Source: Octopus vulgaris (taxonomy: Eukaryota). From it: a DNA stretch of 64,000 bases. The notes beneath the pieces are model-generated. The model was not told the origin of the DNA. It made no database searches and saw only the letters and a program-made list of their open reading frames with translations. This document shows, piece after piece, positions 1 through 12,584 of this stretch; within the stretch, counting starts at the first letter, position 1, and each line of letters opens with the position of its first letter. Position numbers and translations under genes: made by a program. Where the stretch lies: contig OX597818.1 in assembly GCA_951406725.2 (NCBI GenBank), positions 132,432,001 through 132,496,000 of the forward strand, in the 5' to 3' direction.

Positions 1-315
1 TACATACATACATACATACATACATACATACGTATACATACATACATACATACATACATGCATACATACATACATACATACATACATACATACATACATA
101 CATACACACACACACATGCATGCATACATACATACGTACATACATACATACATACATACATACATACGTACGTGCATACATACATACATACGTATACATA
201 CATACATACATGCATGCATGCATGCATGCATACATACATACATACATACATACACACACACATACATACATACATACATACATGCATGCATGCATGCATA
301 CATACATACATACAT

Positions 316-346
<31 letters not shown>

Positions 347-698
347 TGCATGCATACATACATACGTACATACATACATACATACATACGTACGTGCATA
401 CATACATACACACATACATACATACGTATACATACATACATACATGCATGCATGCATGCATACATACATACATACATACATACATACACACATACATGCA
501 TACATACATTACATACATACATACATACACACATACATACATACGTACATACGTACATGCATGCAAACATACATACATACATACATACATACATACGTAC
601 ATACATACATACGTACATACATACATACATACATACATACATACATACATACATACATACATACGTACGTACATAAGTACGTACATATATACATTACA
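1..698. repeat. (TACA)n/(TGCA)n compound microsatellite
   Basis: Continuous tacatacata tract; the HTYI-rich ORFs are artefacts of it. Confidence 0.97.
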
Positions 699-928
699 TT
701 AAGAGCGTCTTTTGAATGAATAAAAATAAAAACATGAGAAAATGAAAGAGAATTCAAAAATAAGAGATAAATATAACAAGACAAACAATTAAATTTATTG
801 TTTAAAATATTTATCTATATTCTGTCAATATTGATTTTTGGGAAAAAAAAATAAATAACAAAAAAGATGAATTAGTCCGATTTTCCTTTCTTTTGGTCTC
901 CTCTGTTTTTTTCTCTTTTTAATATATA

Positions 929-1364
929 CAAGCAGTATAGCCCGGCGTTGCTCGGATTTGTTGTTCTTTTCGACCCTTTAGAATTGGAATTTTTGGAAAG
1001 TAAAAAAATTTTGCATTATATAGCTTGTTATTCTCTTTAAGTGAACATTTTTCTGGTTGAAATACACCGAAAAATGGCGACACAGCAGTCAAAAAATCGT
1101 AAAAAAATAGGGATTTTCATAGAAAAAAAGCACCTTTTTGATGTAAGTAATTTTTGGTGTTAATATGGTCCGATTTTCCTACGGAATAAAGAGCAAGCCT
1201 TCTTCTACCATACTCTCAATTTTGGTTAACTTGCGCCGCAGGGTCTCGGAGGAGATAGTATTAGTTGAAAGCTACCAAACCTGCCACACACACACACTCA
1301 CACACACACACACACACACACACATACATACACACACACACAACTTCAACTTTATATATATAGA
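929..1364 (-). mobile_element. Non-autonomous Helitron-like element
   Basis: Minus strand starts A|TCTATATATATAAA, has an internal (GT)n, and ends in a GC-rich hairpin (ccgagcaacgccggg) plus CTTG|T; no TSD. Confidence 0.65.
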
Positions 1365-1632
1365 TAATATATAAATATGTGTATGTATACATATGTGTGT
1401 GTATGTATGTATGTATGTATGTATGTATGTATGTATGCATGTATGTAAATATATATGTGCGTGTGTATGTGTATAGATAGACAAAATTACATACACATAT
1501 ATATGTACTTATGTGTATTTGTGTGCATGTATGTATGTGTATGTAAATGCACACACATATATAGTTCAAAGATGAAGACAGGGTTAAGAAGAACAAGCAA
1601 GTGTATTAGTTTAACGCACGAGAAAAATGGAA

Positions 1633-2017
1633 ATATATATATATAAACGGCAGTTTGTCTCTGTGTGTTTCTGTGTGTCTGTTAGGTTGTACCCTCACCC
1701 TGACCACAGCTTTCAACCGATTCTGATGAAACTTGACACACACATAGCCCAATGTCATAATTCAAAACTAACGCAGCGAAAATTTTGAAAAGTTCCCCCA
1801 GTTCTGAAAAAAATCGATAAATTCGACATGGGGTCGAGAATCAGAAACCCAAACCACAGACCGTCTAGGGGACGCAACTCCACCTTTTTTAACTCTCAAA
1901 AAAAAATTTACCATAATTTTTTTTCCATTTTTTTGCTATTTTTTGGCTATAACTCTCTAAAAATGCTTTATAGTTATTTCCCTTACAAACCTGAGCAACG
2001 CCGGGCGATACTGCTAG
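1633..2017 (+). mobile_element. Non-autonomous Helitron-like element
   Basis: TATATATATAAA start, subterminal hairpin cctgagcaacgccggg, ends CTAG|T; 3' end shared with the element at 929-1364. Confidence 0.7.
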
Positions 2018-2358
2018 TATAATTTAAAAGTAGGATAAAATCTTTATAAGAATTTATGAAATAGTTAGCGTGAAAAACCTCAAAAAGGGAAAAATTATAA
2101 GTATTCCCTTTAAATATATTTATTTATATTAAGGGCATTAATACACATAAATGCCTCACGCTTTGAGGGACTCTTTTCACCGGAATAGTTCAATACTGAA
2201 TTTTTATTCCGACTAGGCAATTTGTACCGAAATGCATTGCGAAAAAGCCCGCCATTTTCATAGATATGTAAGGATAAACATTCGTACAAGCTACGACGAA
2301 TTCTACGGTTGGCTATCGAGTTTGTAATGTTATGTTTTTTCTTATATTTCTTGAGTTT

Positions 2359-2422
2359 GTTGCACTGACGAACATTAAATGCATATTCTGCATTAAATGC
2401 GAAATCACATGTGATATGTAAC
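2359..2422 (+). ncRNA. Type-I hammerhead ribozyme motif (canonical core)
   Basis: gttgca-CTGACGA-stem II-GAAA-tcacatgtga (palindrome)-TA-tgtaac; stem I gttgca/tgtaac with one G-U. Confidence 0.75.
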
Positions 2423-2661
2423 TGAATTCTTTTTTAAAATGATGTGTTTTGAAGTTTTGCATTCGGTAAAATTTTGTTTATTTTTAGTAGTTTTGACCGC
2501 ATTGGTCCCTCTTAGCGTGTTGGTATCTACGAATAGTAGTACCCTCAATATAATATATATATAGTTATTCCAAACATGAACAAAGAGAAAACACAACAAC
2601 GCGAGGACGTGGAATAAGTATAGTGTTATTGGAAGCTCAGGAAAGGAAAGAAAGAAGGAGG

Positions 2662-2696
2662 ATTTAACGTTTCGAGCGGAGCTCTTCGTCAGAAAC
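2662..2696 (-). ncRNA. Minimal type-I hammerhead in a PLE-like terminal fragment (about 2560-2745)
   Basis: Reverse complement reads gttt-CTGACGA-a-GAGC-tcc-GCTC-GAAA-cg-TT-aaat. Confidence 0.7.
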
Positions 2697-3342
2697 ATAG
2701 AAAAAAGAAAGGTCCAAGGATACACAAGCGGTCACATATTGAACTCATATATATATATAGCATAAAAATGTCAGGATGTGAGATGAATGTATTTATTTAA
2801 AGACTTGACATCCTTAAGATTACTGCCGTTTCGTAGTCTTTTTCATAAAATAATAATTTCAGCGAGGAGTAAATTATGTACTCATGTTAGCATTAATATG
2901 CATGCTTTGTATTATACAATACAACTGCATATTCAGAAAGCAATGCAAACAAAGAAAGCTAGTTCATCAGACCACCAGAACATCATTGTTTATACCAACA
3001 ATTCAACTCTAGAGTCACTTTTTATTATTTTTTTTATTGCATCCCTTTTGATACGATCCTGTCTGAAACTGCTCCTGGTTGTATGATCTAATCTTTTTGT
3101 TTTAAAGCAATCTTTCCGTCAAAATATCGTGTTAGTTTAAGTCCCAGGCACTAAGATTAATAACGACAAAATTACATTAATAAATTCTTCATTATTTTGA
3201 AGATTAATTGTAAAAGAAAAGACGAGCAGTGTGTTTTTACAGAAATATGGTAAGAAAAGGGATTAAATTATTTCCAAAATTCTTCGAATGTTGATCGTAC
3301 GGGTGTCGAATAAAATTCGCTTTAAATACTGCAATAACGCAT

Positions 3343-3730
3343 AGGTAAGTAGCTTGCTAACCAACCACATGGTTCCGGGTTCAGTCCCACTGCGTGGCAT
3401 CTTGGGCAAGTGTCTTCTGCTATAGCCCCGGGCCGACCAATGCCTTGCAAGTGGATTTGGTAGACGGAAACTGAAAGAAGCCTGTCGTATATATGTGTAT
3501 ATATATATATGTATGTGTGTGTGTGTGTTTGTGTGTCTGTGTCTGTCCCCCTAGCATTGCTTGACAACCGATGCTGGTGTGTTTACGTCCCCGTCACTTA
3601 GCGGTTCGGCAAAAGAGAACGATAGAATAAGTACTGGGCTTGCAAAGAATATGTCCCGGGGTCGATTTGCTCGACTAAAGGCGGTGCTCCAGCATGGCCG
3701 CAGTCAAATGACTGAAACAAGTAAAGAGTA
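3343..3730 (+). mobile_element. SINE family B (tRNA-like head, CORE-like cttgggcaag, internal (GT)n, LINE-like tail)
   Basis: More than 12 copies in the window; ends ggcggtgctccagcatggccgcagtcaaatgactgaaacaagtaaaga. Confidence 0.85.
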
Positions 3731-3833
3731 ACGTCTTATTCCGTTGGTTGCAAATGTGATATTTGGCGGTATAAACGTTTACTTCTTTAGAGTGGTGATG
3801 GTGTAGAGGTTGTGCACGACAAAGCACATTTTC

Positions 3834-4212
3834 TGGATGGAAGCACTCCGTCGGTTACGACGATGAGGGTTCCGGTTGATCCGAATCAACGGAACAGCCT
3901 GCTCGTGAAATTAACGTGTAAGTGGCTGAGCACTCCACAGACACGTGTACCCTTAACGTAGTTCTCGGGGATATTCAGCGTGACACAGAGAGTGACAAGG
4001 CCGGCCCTTTGAAATACAGGTACAACAGAGACAGGAAGTAAGAGTGAGAGAAAGTTGTGGTGAAAGAGTACAGCAGGGATCGCCACCATCCCCTGCCGGA
4101 GCCTCGTGGAGCTATAGGTGTTTTCGCTCAATAAACACTCACAACGCTCGGTCTGGGAATCGAAACCGCGATCTTACGACCGCGAGACCGCTGCCCTAAC
4201 CACTGGGCCATT
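3834..4212 (-). mobile_element. SINE family A (tRNA-derived; head1 + tail1)
   Basis: A box TGGCCCAGTGG and B box GGTTTCGATTCCC on the minus strand; cattttct flanks both sides (TSD). Confidence 0.85.
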
Positions 4213-4879
4213 TTCTACAGTCAGCGGCAAACGAAAGGGAATAATTTTGCCTTCACAATATTTTTAACTTCAGATATTAAACGAAGTGTAAAACCAATCT
4301 TCAAACAGTAAAGCAGTAACCGAAACTCGTTTATTTGTTTTGTATAATACTGGAAGAGTAACATTTACGAGATCCTTTTCTCCCTTTAGAATTTCGATGT
4401 GATATATAAGCCTAGGTTTTAAGCTACAGTCGCCAGTCACATTACCTTCAAACAGCAACATTAACCAATCTTTAACCACTTCAAAACCTAGAATCAATGA
4501 CTTTTCTTTTCGCAAAGCGGCTTCTTGCTGCTAAACGATTCCAAAATAGGTTCGTTTCATCTCCATCGTTAAATGTGAGCGTTGTTTATTCCTCTATTAT
4601 TTTTTTGTATTTTCAGGAACAAACGTGTTGCTTCGGTATCAATGCTCACAGCCTCTCCATGCATTTTTATAACATGCCAGCGAGTTGTTGCTGAATTCTT
4701 TTAAAGCAGCCATTTCATGCAGTAAATGTTTCTTTACAGGTTTCTTTCTTTAAGTGTCATAAAAACAGATAAAGCCTCAGTAGGAAAAGGTTATATATAT
4801 ATGAAGGCAGTAATTTGTTACGCACCCTCGTATAGTGCAAGGCTTGCACACAAATTTTACAAACGTGTATGTACGTACT

Positions 4880-5130
<251 letters not shown>

Positions 5131-5289
5131 ATTCACAAATGAGATCCAGAGATTCTCCGTATAGAAGTGGTGCTTAGTAGTGCTCAAAAGGTTCAAACAT
5201 AAAAAAAACCAATGTCTTTACAGGGGATCAATCTACAAGGTAAAGAAAGGCTATAAGAGGGATCAAGTTGAGCGGGTATAGAGACAATT

Positions 5290-5845
5290 GTGCGAATAAA
5301 CAAATTAGATACACCAAATGTATTAAATATATTAGTTTGGGTATGAAATACAAAATATGTACATATGTATACGAGTGAAAGCAAAAGGTAGAGACATTGA
5401 GGTGATGAAATTTTAAGAATAAAAATATAGATATTTATATTAATAGTTTCAGCTAATGCAGAGTACAAACGACAGAGAAAATTAAAGGAAGGTGTTATAA
5501 GTCCAACAGCTGTTTCAGGAGGCTCGGTGATTCATAATAATGTTGGTAGATTTAGTTCATCATAAATCTGTCAATTAAATGTACTATATCTACCAAATTT
5601 ATTGCACAAATCTACCAACTAAATGAACTTCCACTCCTTTATTTTCTCTGTGGCTTAGGCCCAACTCCGTGTAAGTTGGACCTATTAATATAAATATATA
5701 TATATTTTATACATAAAAATTCATCGTCTGAAAGTCTCTACCTTTTGCTTTCTCTCGTTTTGCATGTATACATAAATACACACTTTGTATTTGATGTATT
5801 TTACATATTTAATATACTAGACGTTTCTAATTTGTTTATCCGCAT
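5290..5845. repeat. Diverged inverted repeat (about 155-bp arms), probably an old PLE-like foldback
   Basis: 5290-5446 matches the reverse complement of 5682-5845; the spacer has acagctgtttc (GAAACAGCTGT on minus). Confidence 0.55.
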
Positions 5846-5906
<61 letters not shown>

Positions 5907-5954
5907 ATCTGCTCTCCACTACAGTCACACGCATATATATATGATATATCTATA

Positions 5955-6331
5955 CTCTTTTACTTGTTTCAGTCATTTGACAGTGACCATGCTGGAGCAC
6001 CGCCTTTAGTCGAAGAAATCGACCCCAGGACTTATTCTTTGTAAGCCTAATCTCTTTTGCCGAACCGCTAAGTTACGGGGACGTAAACTTACCAGCATCG
6101 GTTGTCAAGCGATGCTGGGAGATAAACGCATTCACACAACCATATGCACACCACACACACAAATATATATATATATATACGACGGCCTTCTTTCAGTTTC
6201 CGTCTACCAAATCCACTCACAAGGCTTTGGTCAGCCCGAGGGTATAGTAGAAGACACTTGCCCAAGGTATCACGCAGTGGACTGAACTCAGAACTATGTG
6301 GTTGGTAAGCAAGTTACTTACCACACAGCCA
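5955..6331 (-). mobile_element. SINE family B
   Basis: Reverse complement of 3343-3730. Confidence 0.85.
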
Positions 6332-6579
6332 GTATAATATATATAAGATTTACATACTACTAATATAGGATGAAGTTTTTTACAGAAAAAATTTCATCAT
6401 ATATATATAATATAATATATATGATATATATATATATAATATAAATAATATATAAATATATGCATATATACATACATATATGTACATACCTACATCTATA
6501 TGTATATATACGTGCACGTACACTCGAACATATAGAGATAGATATATGTGTAATTAAAAATGAATATTTTATATGCATA

Positions 6580-7010
6580 GGAAGGACTTGTCCCAAACTT
6601 TGGCATCGAGAGTTACACAAATGCCAGAACTGGGCGCCAATGCGTGGTGCCAAGGACCCCAAATTTGCCATCAAGATGTAGGACAAGATACTGTGATAGC
6701 CTGGGCTTTCGGGGCCCACAGCTCTTCAATATCCTCCCGAAGAACCTAAGAGACCTGCATGGGGTGGATTCAGATGTCTTTAAAATGAAACTGGATCTCT
6801 TCTTGTCAGGTATCCCAGATGAACCAACTTCACGGCAGGAGGTGCAGATGAGGGCAGCTGCGTCGAACTCTCTCATGCACCAAATGGCAGTTGCTAAAAA
6901 GCATTCGTGAAGTAAAATCCTGTAGCAACACCAAATGGCGGTGCCCCAGCATGGCCACAGCTCGTGAGCTGAAACTAGATAAAATAAAAAATAAAAAAAT
7001 AAATAAAGTG
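6580..7010 (+). mobile_element. 5'-truncated CR1/L2-group LINE 3' end (ORF2 C-terminus, 3'UTR, A-rich tail)
   Basis: ORF 6644-6910 RGPQLFNILPKNLRD..FKMKLDLFLSGIPDEP is a typical LINE ORF2 C-terminus; (TAAAA)n tail; second copy at 33410-33685. Confidence 0.8.
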
Positions 7011-7454
7011 AAAAATAAAACTTACTAGATATGTGGAGCCAAATATCTACCATAATGTAATTGTTAGTGATCCCACATATTGTGGTTCTGGCAAGTTTAG
7101 AAATGAAAAGGCGACCAACTGATTCTCAAAATCAATCTCAGCCCGAGAGAGGAGAAAAAATGATTAAAATATGAGAGGTTAGGATCACGAAGAAAAATGG
7201 CAATAATGAAGAAATGTGTCTAGTGTTAATTTTGGAATGGAGATATCTATGTGAAGAGGACCGTAAAATTAATTTTAAGAAAGATACAAGGTATTTACAA
7301 CGCCTGTTGGTAGGTGGGTTTTAGAAACCGGAAGGCTGCACTAAATTAACAAGCAAAGGCTTAAAGTTTAACGGGTACGTGTTAGCGAAAGTTACCGACT
7401 TGATTTAATCATTCAGAGACACAAAGGCCTTATCTTTAGGCAAAAATATACTCA

Positions 7455-7750
<296 letters not shown>

Positions 7751-7779
7751 ACATATACATACATACATACATACATACA

Positions 7780-7811
<32 letters not shown>

Positions 7812-7812
7812 C

Positions 7813-7849
<37 letters not shown>

Positions 7850-8412
7850 GTATGTATGTATGTATGTATGTATGTATGTATGTATATATGAATGTATGTA
7901 TGTATGTGTGTAGATTTGTACGTTTTGTTTTATGTATGTATTCTCATGCACGTAGCTTCATATCTAAACATGCTTATATATACTTAAATAATAAACTTCA
8001 AAAAAGTTTTACAGATTTTTACAGTTGCATGTGTGTGTATGTATTGGTGTGTGTGTGTATACGTATACATGTGTCTGTGTATTTACGTAATATTTGTATG
8101 CAGCTCCAAAATAGATGACCTGATGACTCGGATGCTGTTGCTCTTCCATTACTTTCGCAAACAACAGTAACTTTCTTCAGCTGAATACACGTCACTGATT
8201 GGTTAAAATTATCCAAATACGACAACTTTAACACGAAATAACATCTAAAATACAAACTTTTGTCGTGTTCTACGTGACACATTCAACCAGTATCCGAAGT
8301 TTCAAACTGTTTAGTTTTTTTTAAAATTAATTAAAATTAATTAAAAAATTAATTAAAAAATCTGTGACTGAGATTGAAAAGGAGATTAGTCAGATCTACT
8401 GGCTGGAGGCAC

Positions 8413-8650
8413 ATAATCTTATACCTATGTTCTTTGCCTGTGAAGAGCCGAGCAGAACATCCTCTCCACCTTACTTCTTGGATGCAGCACAAATCTACAT
8501 GTCTCCGTTCAAGCATCTCAACAATCTCACCAGATCTACCTTTCAATGTGCCAGCCCTGACGGTGTGGAAGGGTGTGGGCCAGTGAAACCCTGGGTTGGG
8601 GGACAGTAGCATTATGCATTTGAGAAGATAGTTCGCATTTGGCATCTCTC
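8413..8650 (-). mobile_element. RTE-type LINE AP-endonuclease N-terminal fragment
   Basis: GTLKGRSGEIVEMLERRHVDLCCIQEVRWRG matches the APE 'D..xQE.RW.G' motif of RTE elements. Confidence 0.85.
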
Positions 8651-8859
8651 GTAAACATACAAATAGCCTTCAACCTGCATACACTACACCATCATTTTAT
8701 TTGCTACATAATCACCATGTTCAACGGGAGATAGACAGTAGGTAGGTATAGAGGAGGAGAGCGTTCTGTATAGTAAGCTGTTAGAGATGATCAGGAGAAA
8801 GACATCTGGTAAAGGTCAGAAGATAAAGGCTTCCGGTATATGTGGTGAGGTATATGAGT

Positions 8860-9097
8860 GAAGGCGGCGAGCTGGCAGAAACGTTAGCACGCCGTGCGAA
8901 ATGCTTAGCGGTATTTCGTCTGCCGTTACGTTGTGAGTTCAAATTCCGCCGAGGTCGACTTTGCCTTTCATCCTTTCGAGGTCGATAAATTAAGTACCAG
9001 TTACGCACCGGGGTCGATGTAATCGACTTAATCCGTCTGTCTGTCCTTGTTTGTCCCCTCTGTGTTTAGCCCCTTGTGGGTAGTAAAGAAATAGGTA
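8860..9097 (+). mobile_element. SINE family C monomer
   Basis: ggcggcgagctggcagaa...gagttcaaattc...gcctttcatcctttcg...aaagaaata; near-duplicated flank ggtatatgtg(g/a)tgagg. Confidence 0.85.
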
Positions 9098-9804
9098 TAT
9101 GTGATGAGGTTGGATGGGAGGTCTTACCACGAATGGCAAAGCTTTGTGGCTGCCCTATTCCCTAGCAGAAGCTGATGTGGCATAGCCACAGACACAGGCT
9201 AGCTACTGATTAACAATCGACAAGGGAAAGGCAAATGGTTAACGAATCAGAGAGAGAGAGAGTAGTGAAATTTTCCAGAATTAGGGCTGGTAGAAAACAA
9301 AACTTGAACAGAAGGAATATCCGAGATTTAGAGCAAGAATAAACAAAATTGAATAATTGGATTATTTAAATTTGCTTTAACACACCACTAAATGAGTAAC
9401 AATAGTAATTATAAGGAGTGGTGTATATATAATACATACATACACACACACACACACACATATATATAGCCAGCCAGGAGATTACCATTGGCTTCACACC
9501 TATTTTGCAATTAGTAATATACGAGACTCGTTAGACCTACTGGTTGCAGGTACATAATCTCTCTATTACTGAAGGTAGGAACACTTATCTCTAGTAGTAG
9601 AAACTCGAAAGGTTATGTGCCTCCAGTTAGCAGGTCTGATGAGCTTCTTATGTTGCTAAGTGTGAGATAGGTGGGGAATCAATGGTAACACCCTGACCAG
9701 CCATAACCAATGGCTACATTAAATACATACATACATACATATATATATATATACTTTTATTCTTTTACTTGTTTCAGCCATTTGACTGCAGCCATACTGA
9801 TGCA

Positions 9805-9866
<62 letters not shown>

Positions 9867-9873
9867 AATTAAA

Positions 9874-10962
9874 ATAGGAAAATGCGCACACTCAAATAGT
9901 TTTAATATAATTTTTAACATATCGACCGGTTTCGCTATCGCTATTCATGATATTATGTTTCACTTATTTGAATATATATTTTTTCTTAAGAAGAAATTTT
10001 GTCCATGTTGTGTGTGATGAAATTCATGAGTGAATGAATTCACAAGTAGATAAATAAAGGGAGGTAATTGGTTGTCGTTATTATCGTTATTATTGTGGGT
10101 AAGGGAGATAACTGTTCAGCTTTCGGTAATGGGTGGGGATTATATATGTGTACAGACAGAGACAAGTTTCAAAAATTTTGTTTAGTAGTGGACTTATGTA
10201 CAGTGATGTAATCGTGAATTGAAATATGTAAAAAGATAAAAGTTGGTTATGCGTGCATTTTAAGGCGTGTTTTGTATTTTTCAATGAAAAAAGTTTCTTT
10301 ATTTACGTTCTAGTTGAGAGATTGCGTCTTTGCACTGGTAGAAAGGGAAGACTGGGAAATTTTGTTTGATGTTACCTGCACATTTTTCTATATGTTCACT
10401 GAGAGGAATTTGTCTGTATTGCGGGAAACGGATTTGCCCTTTATGTTGAGTGGTTCTCTTTCTCAAGGTCATACTCGTTTGTCCAATATAGTGGTGTTCA
10501 CAACCCGAGCAGGTTATTACATAAATTAGGTTCTCAGAGGCACAAGTGAAACTAGCTTTAATTGTGAACCTCTGTCTTTGTTTGGAAAGGAAATCCGAGC
10601 CTTCAAGCAGGTTGGGGCAGGTTCCACAGTTTAGGCGTCCACATTTTTCAACCGTTGGTTTCGTGTGGTGTTTTGTAAAGCTTCGCATTTGTTAGTAGTC
10701 TCTTTACTGGTACTGGAACAGTTATCTCCCTTACTCACAACAATAATAACGATAATAACGACAACCAATTACCTCCCTTTATTTATCTACTTGTGAAATC
10801 ATTCACTCGTGAATTTCATCACACACAACATGGACAAAATTTCTTCTTAAGAAAAAATATATATTCAAATAAGTAAAACATAATATCATGAATAGCGATA
10901 GCGAAACCGGTCGATATATTAAAAATTATATTAAAACTATGTGAGTGTGCGCATTTTCCTAT
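9874..10962 (-). mobile_element. Penelope-like element 3' fragment: GIY-YIG endonuclease flanked by inverted pLTRs
   Basis: ORF 10299-10688 has CxxxxCxxC..FTC.SEN.IYVITC..C..YIGQT...R..H; 9874-10117 is the reverse complement of 10716-10962; inserted in (TA)n. Confidence 0.9.
10883..10917 (+). ncRNA. Minimal hammerhead, A3:U8 core variant (mirror copy 9919-9953 on minus)
   Basis: atatc-ATGAATA-gc-gata-gc-GAAA-ccgg-TC-gatat. Confidence 0.65.
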
Positions 10963-10974
10963 ATATATATATAT

Positions 10975-11561
10975 AAATAGTGTACATTTAAACACAAGAG
11001 AAGCTGCCTTCAACAGGCAGCTTTACATGATAGAAGAAGCAGTCAAAACGACCAAAACCACATTTAAGAGCAATTTCGAAGGGAATGGAAAATAACAACT
11101 TTTACTTTGTTATTTTATTACGATCACACCTAGGTTTCAAATTTTTTAGCAAATAAAATAATTTGCCAGGCGAAATTCTCCTCAATGACCGTGCCATAAC
11201 ACTAACATATAATTAAGAGACAAATAACACGTATCTCGTTGTTATACATTATAATTTTTCAAATTCACCGCGCAAGTGCAGTTTCATTCAGCAGTAAATG
11301 AATAAATGCCGAACTAATCTTCTAAATTTGCTAAGAACATATACGTAAAATATATAGGGTAGCAAGTTTTTTTCAGAAATTTCCCTACCAGTGACCTAGC
11401 ATGTATAAAAAAAGTCAATGGACAACATATTTTCAATATAAAATAGTGTACATTTAAATACAAGAGAAGCTGCCTTCAATAGGCAACTTTATACGCTAGA
11501 AGAAGCAGTCAAAACGACCAAAACCACATTTAAGAGCAATTTCGAAGGGAATGAAAAATAA
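10975..11561 (-). mobile_element. 466-bp unit with about 120-bp terminal direct repeat (PLE pLTR or retrozyme-like)
   Basis: 10975-11095 is repeated at 11441-11561; hammerhead-like motif at 11120-11192 (minus). Confidence 0.55.
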
Positions 11562-11584
11562 AAACATATATATGTATATATGTA

Positions 11585-11983
11585 TGTTCTTTTATTCTTT
11601 TCCTTGTTTCAGTAATTTACCTGCAACCATGCTGGAGCATTATCTTAAGGGGTTTTAATTCAACAAACTGACCCCAAGACATATTCTTTCTAAGCCTAGT
11701 ACTTATTCTATCAATCTCTTTTGCAGAATTGATAAGTTACAGAGAGGCAAGCACACCAGCATCAGTTGTCAAGCAATAGTGATGGGGATGCAAACAGACA
11801 GACACACACACATATCTATACGATGGGCTTCTTTCAGTTTCTGTCTACCAAATCCACTCACAAGGCTTTGATCAGCGCAAGGCTGTAGTACAAGACACTT
11901 GCCCAAGGTGCCACATAGTGGGATTGAACCCAGGACCATGAGGATGGGAAGCAAGCTACTTACCACACAGCCATGCTTGTGCC

Positions 11984-11985
<2 letters not shown>
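11585..11985 (-). mobile_element. SINE family B (diverged)
   Basis: Homology to family B; a further diverged tail lies at about 12115-12300 (+). Confidence 0.75.
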
Positions 11986-12015
<30 letters not shown>

Positions 12016-12584
12016 CATACATACATATATAAGCAAGTATGGATGTATATATGTATGTAGGATAGATGGATGTATATCTATGTGTGTCGTTGTATAAGTA
12101 TTTTTCATCCATCACTACCTTGACAACCAGTATTGGTTTGTTTACATTCCTGTAACTTAGCAGTTGGGCAAAAGATACCGACTGAATAAGTACCAAGCTT
12201 AAAAAAAAAATAAGTGCTTGGGATTGATATTTTTCAACTAAACCCTTCAAGTTGGTGCCCCAGCATGGCCAGGCTACAATAACTAAAACAAGTAAAATAA
12301 CAAAAGACAAAACAAAATAATCCACTAAAATTTATCAAAGCTATCTTATTACTCTCCCCCACAATTACACAGTAGTATTAACACGATTATTTCTATGTTT
12401 TTATAAAAATTGATATATACACTTTATGACTAAAGTTTTATAATCGCTTTTAACTTAATGATAATGAGAATTATATGACCCAATGTCATAAAATCTTGTA
12501 GTGAAAGTAAACAGGAAATGGAATGTGATCAGTGGAAAATTTCATATTAAATTGAAAATATACTGAATATATCAGATTTTGCAA

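Larger units (their letters stand above)
3271..4780 (-). mobile_element. Tigger/pogo-type DDE transposase fossil split by two SINEs
   Basis: Minus-strand peptides GEAVSID, DETNLFW, GFEVVKDWLMLLFEGNVTGDCSLKPRLIYH, LFEDWF, FIPPNIT and VIAVFKA follow the DDE_1/Tigger motif order; stops and frameshifts present. Confidence 0.85.
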
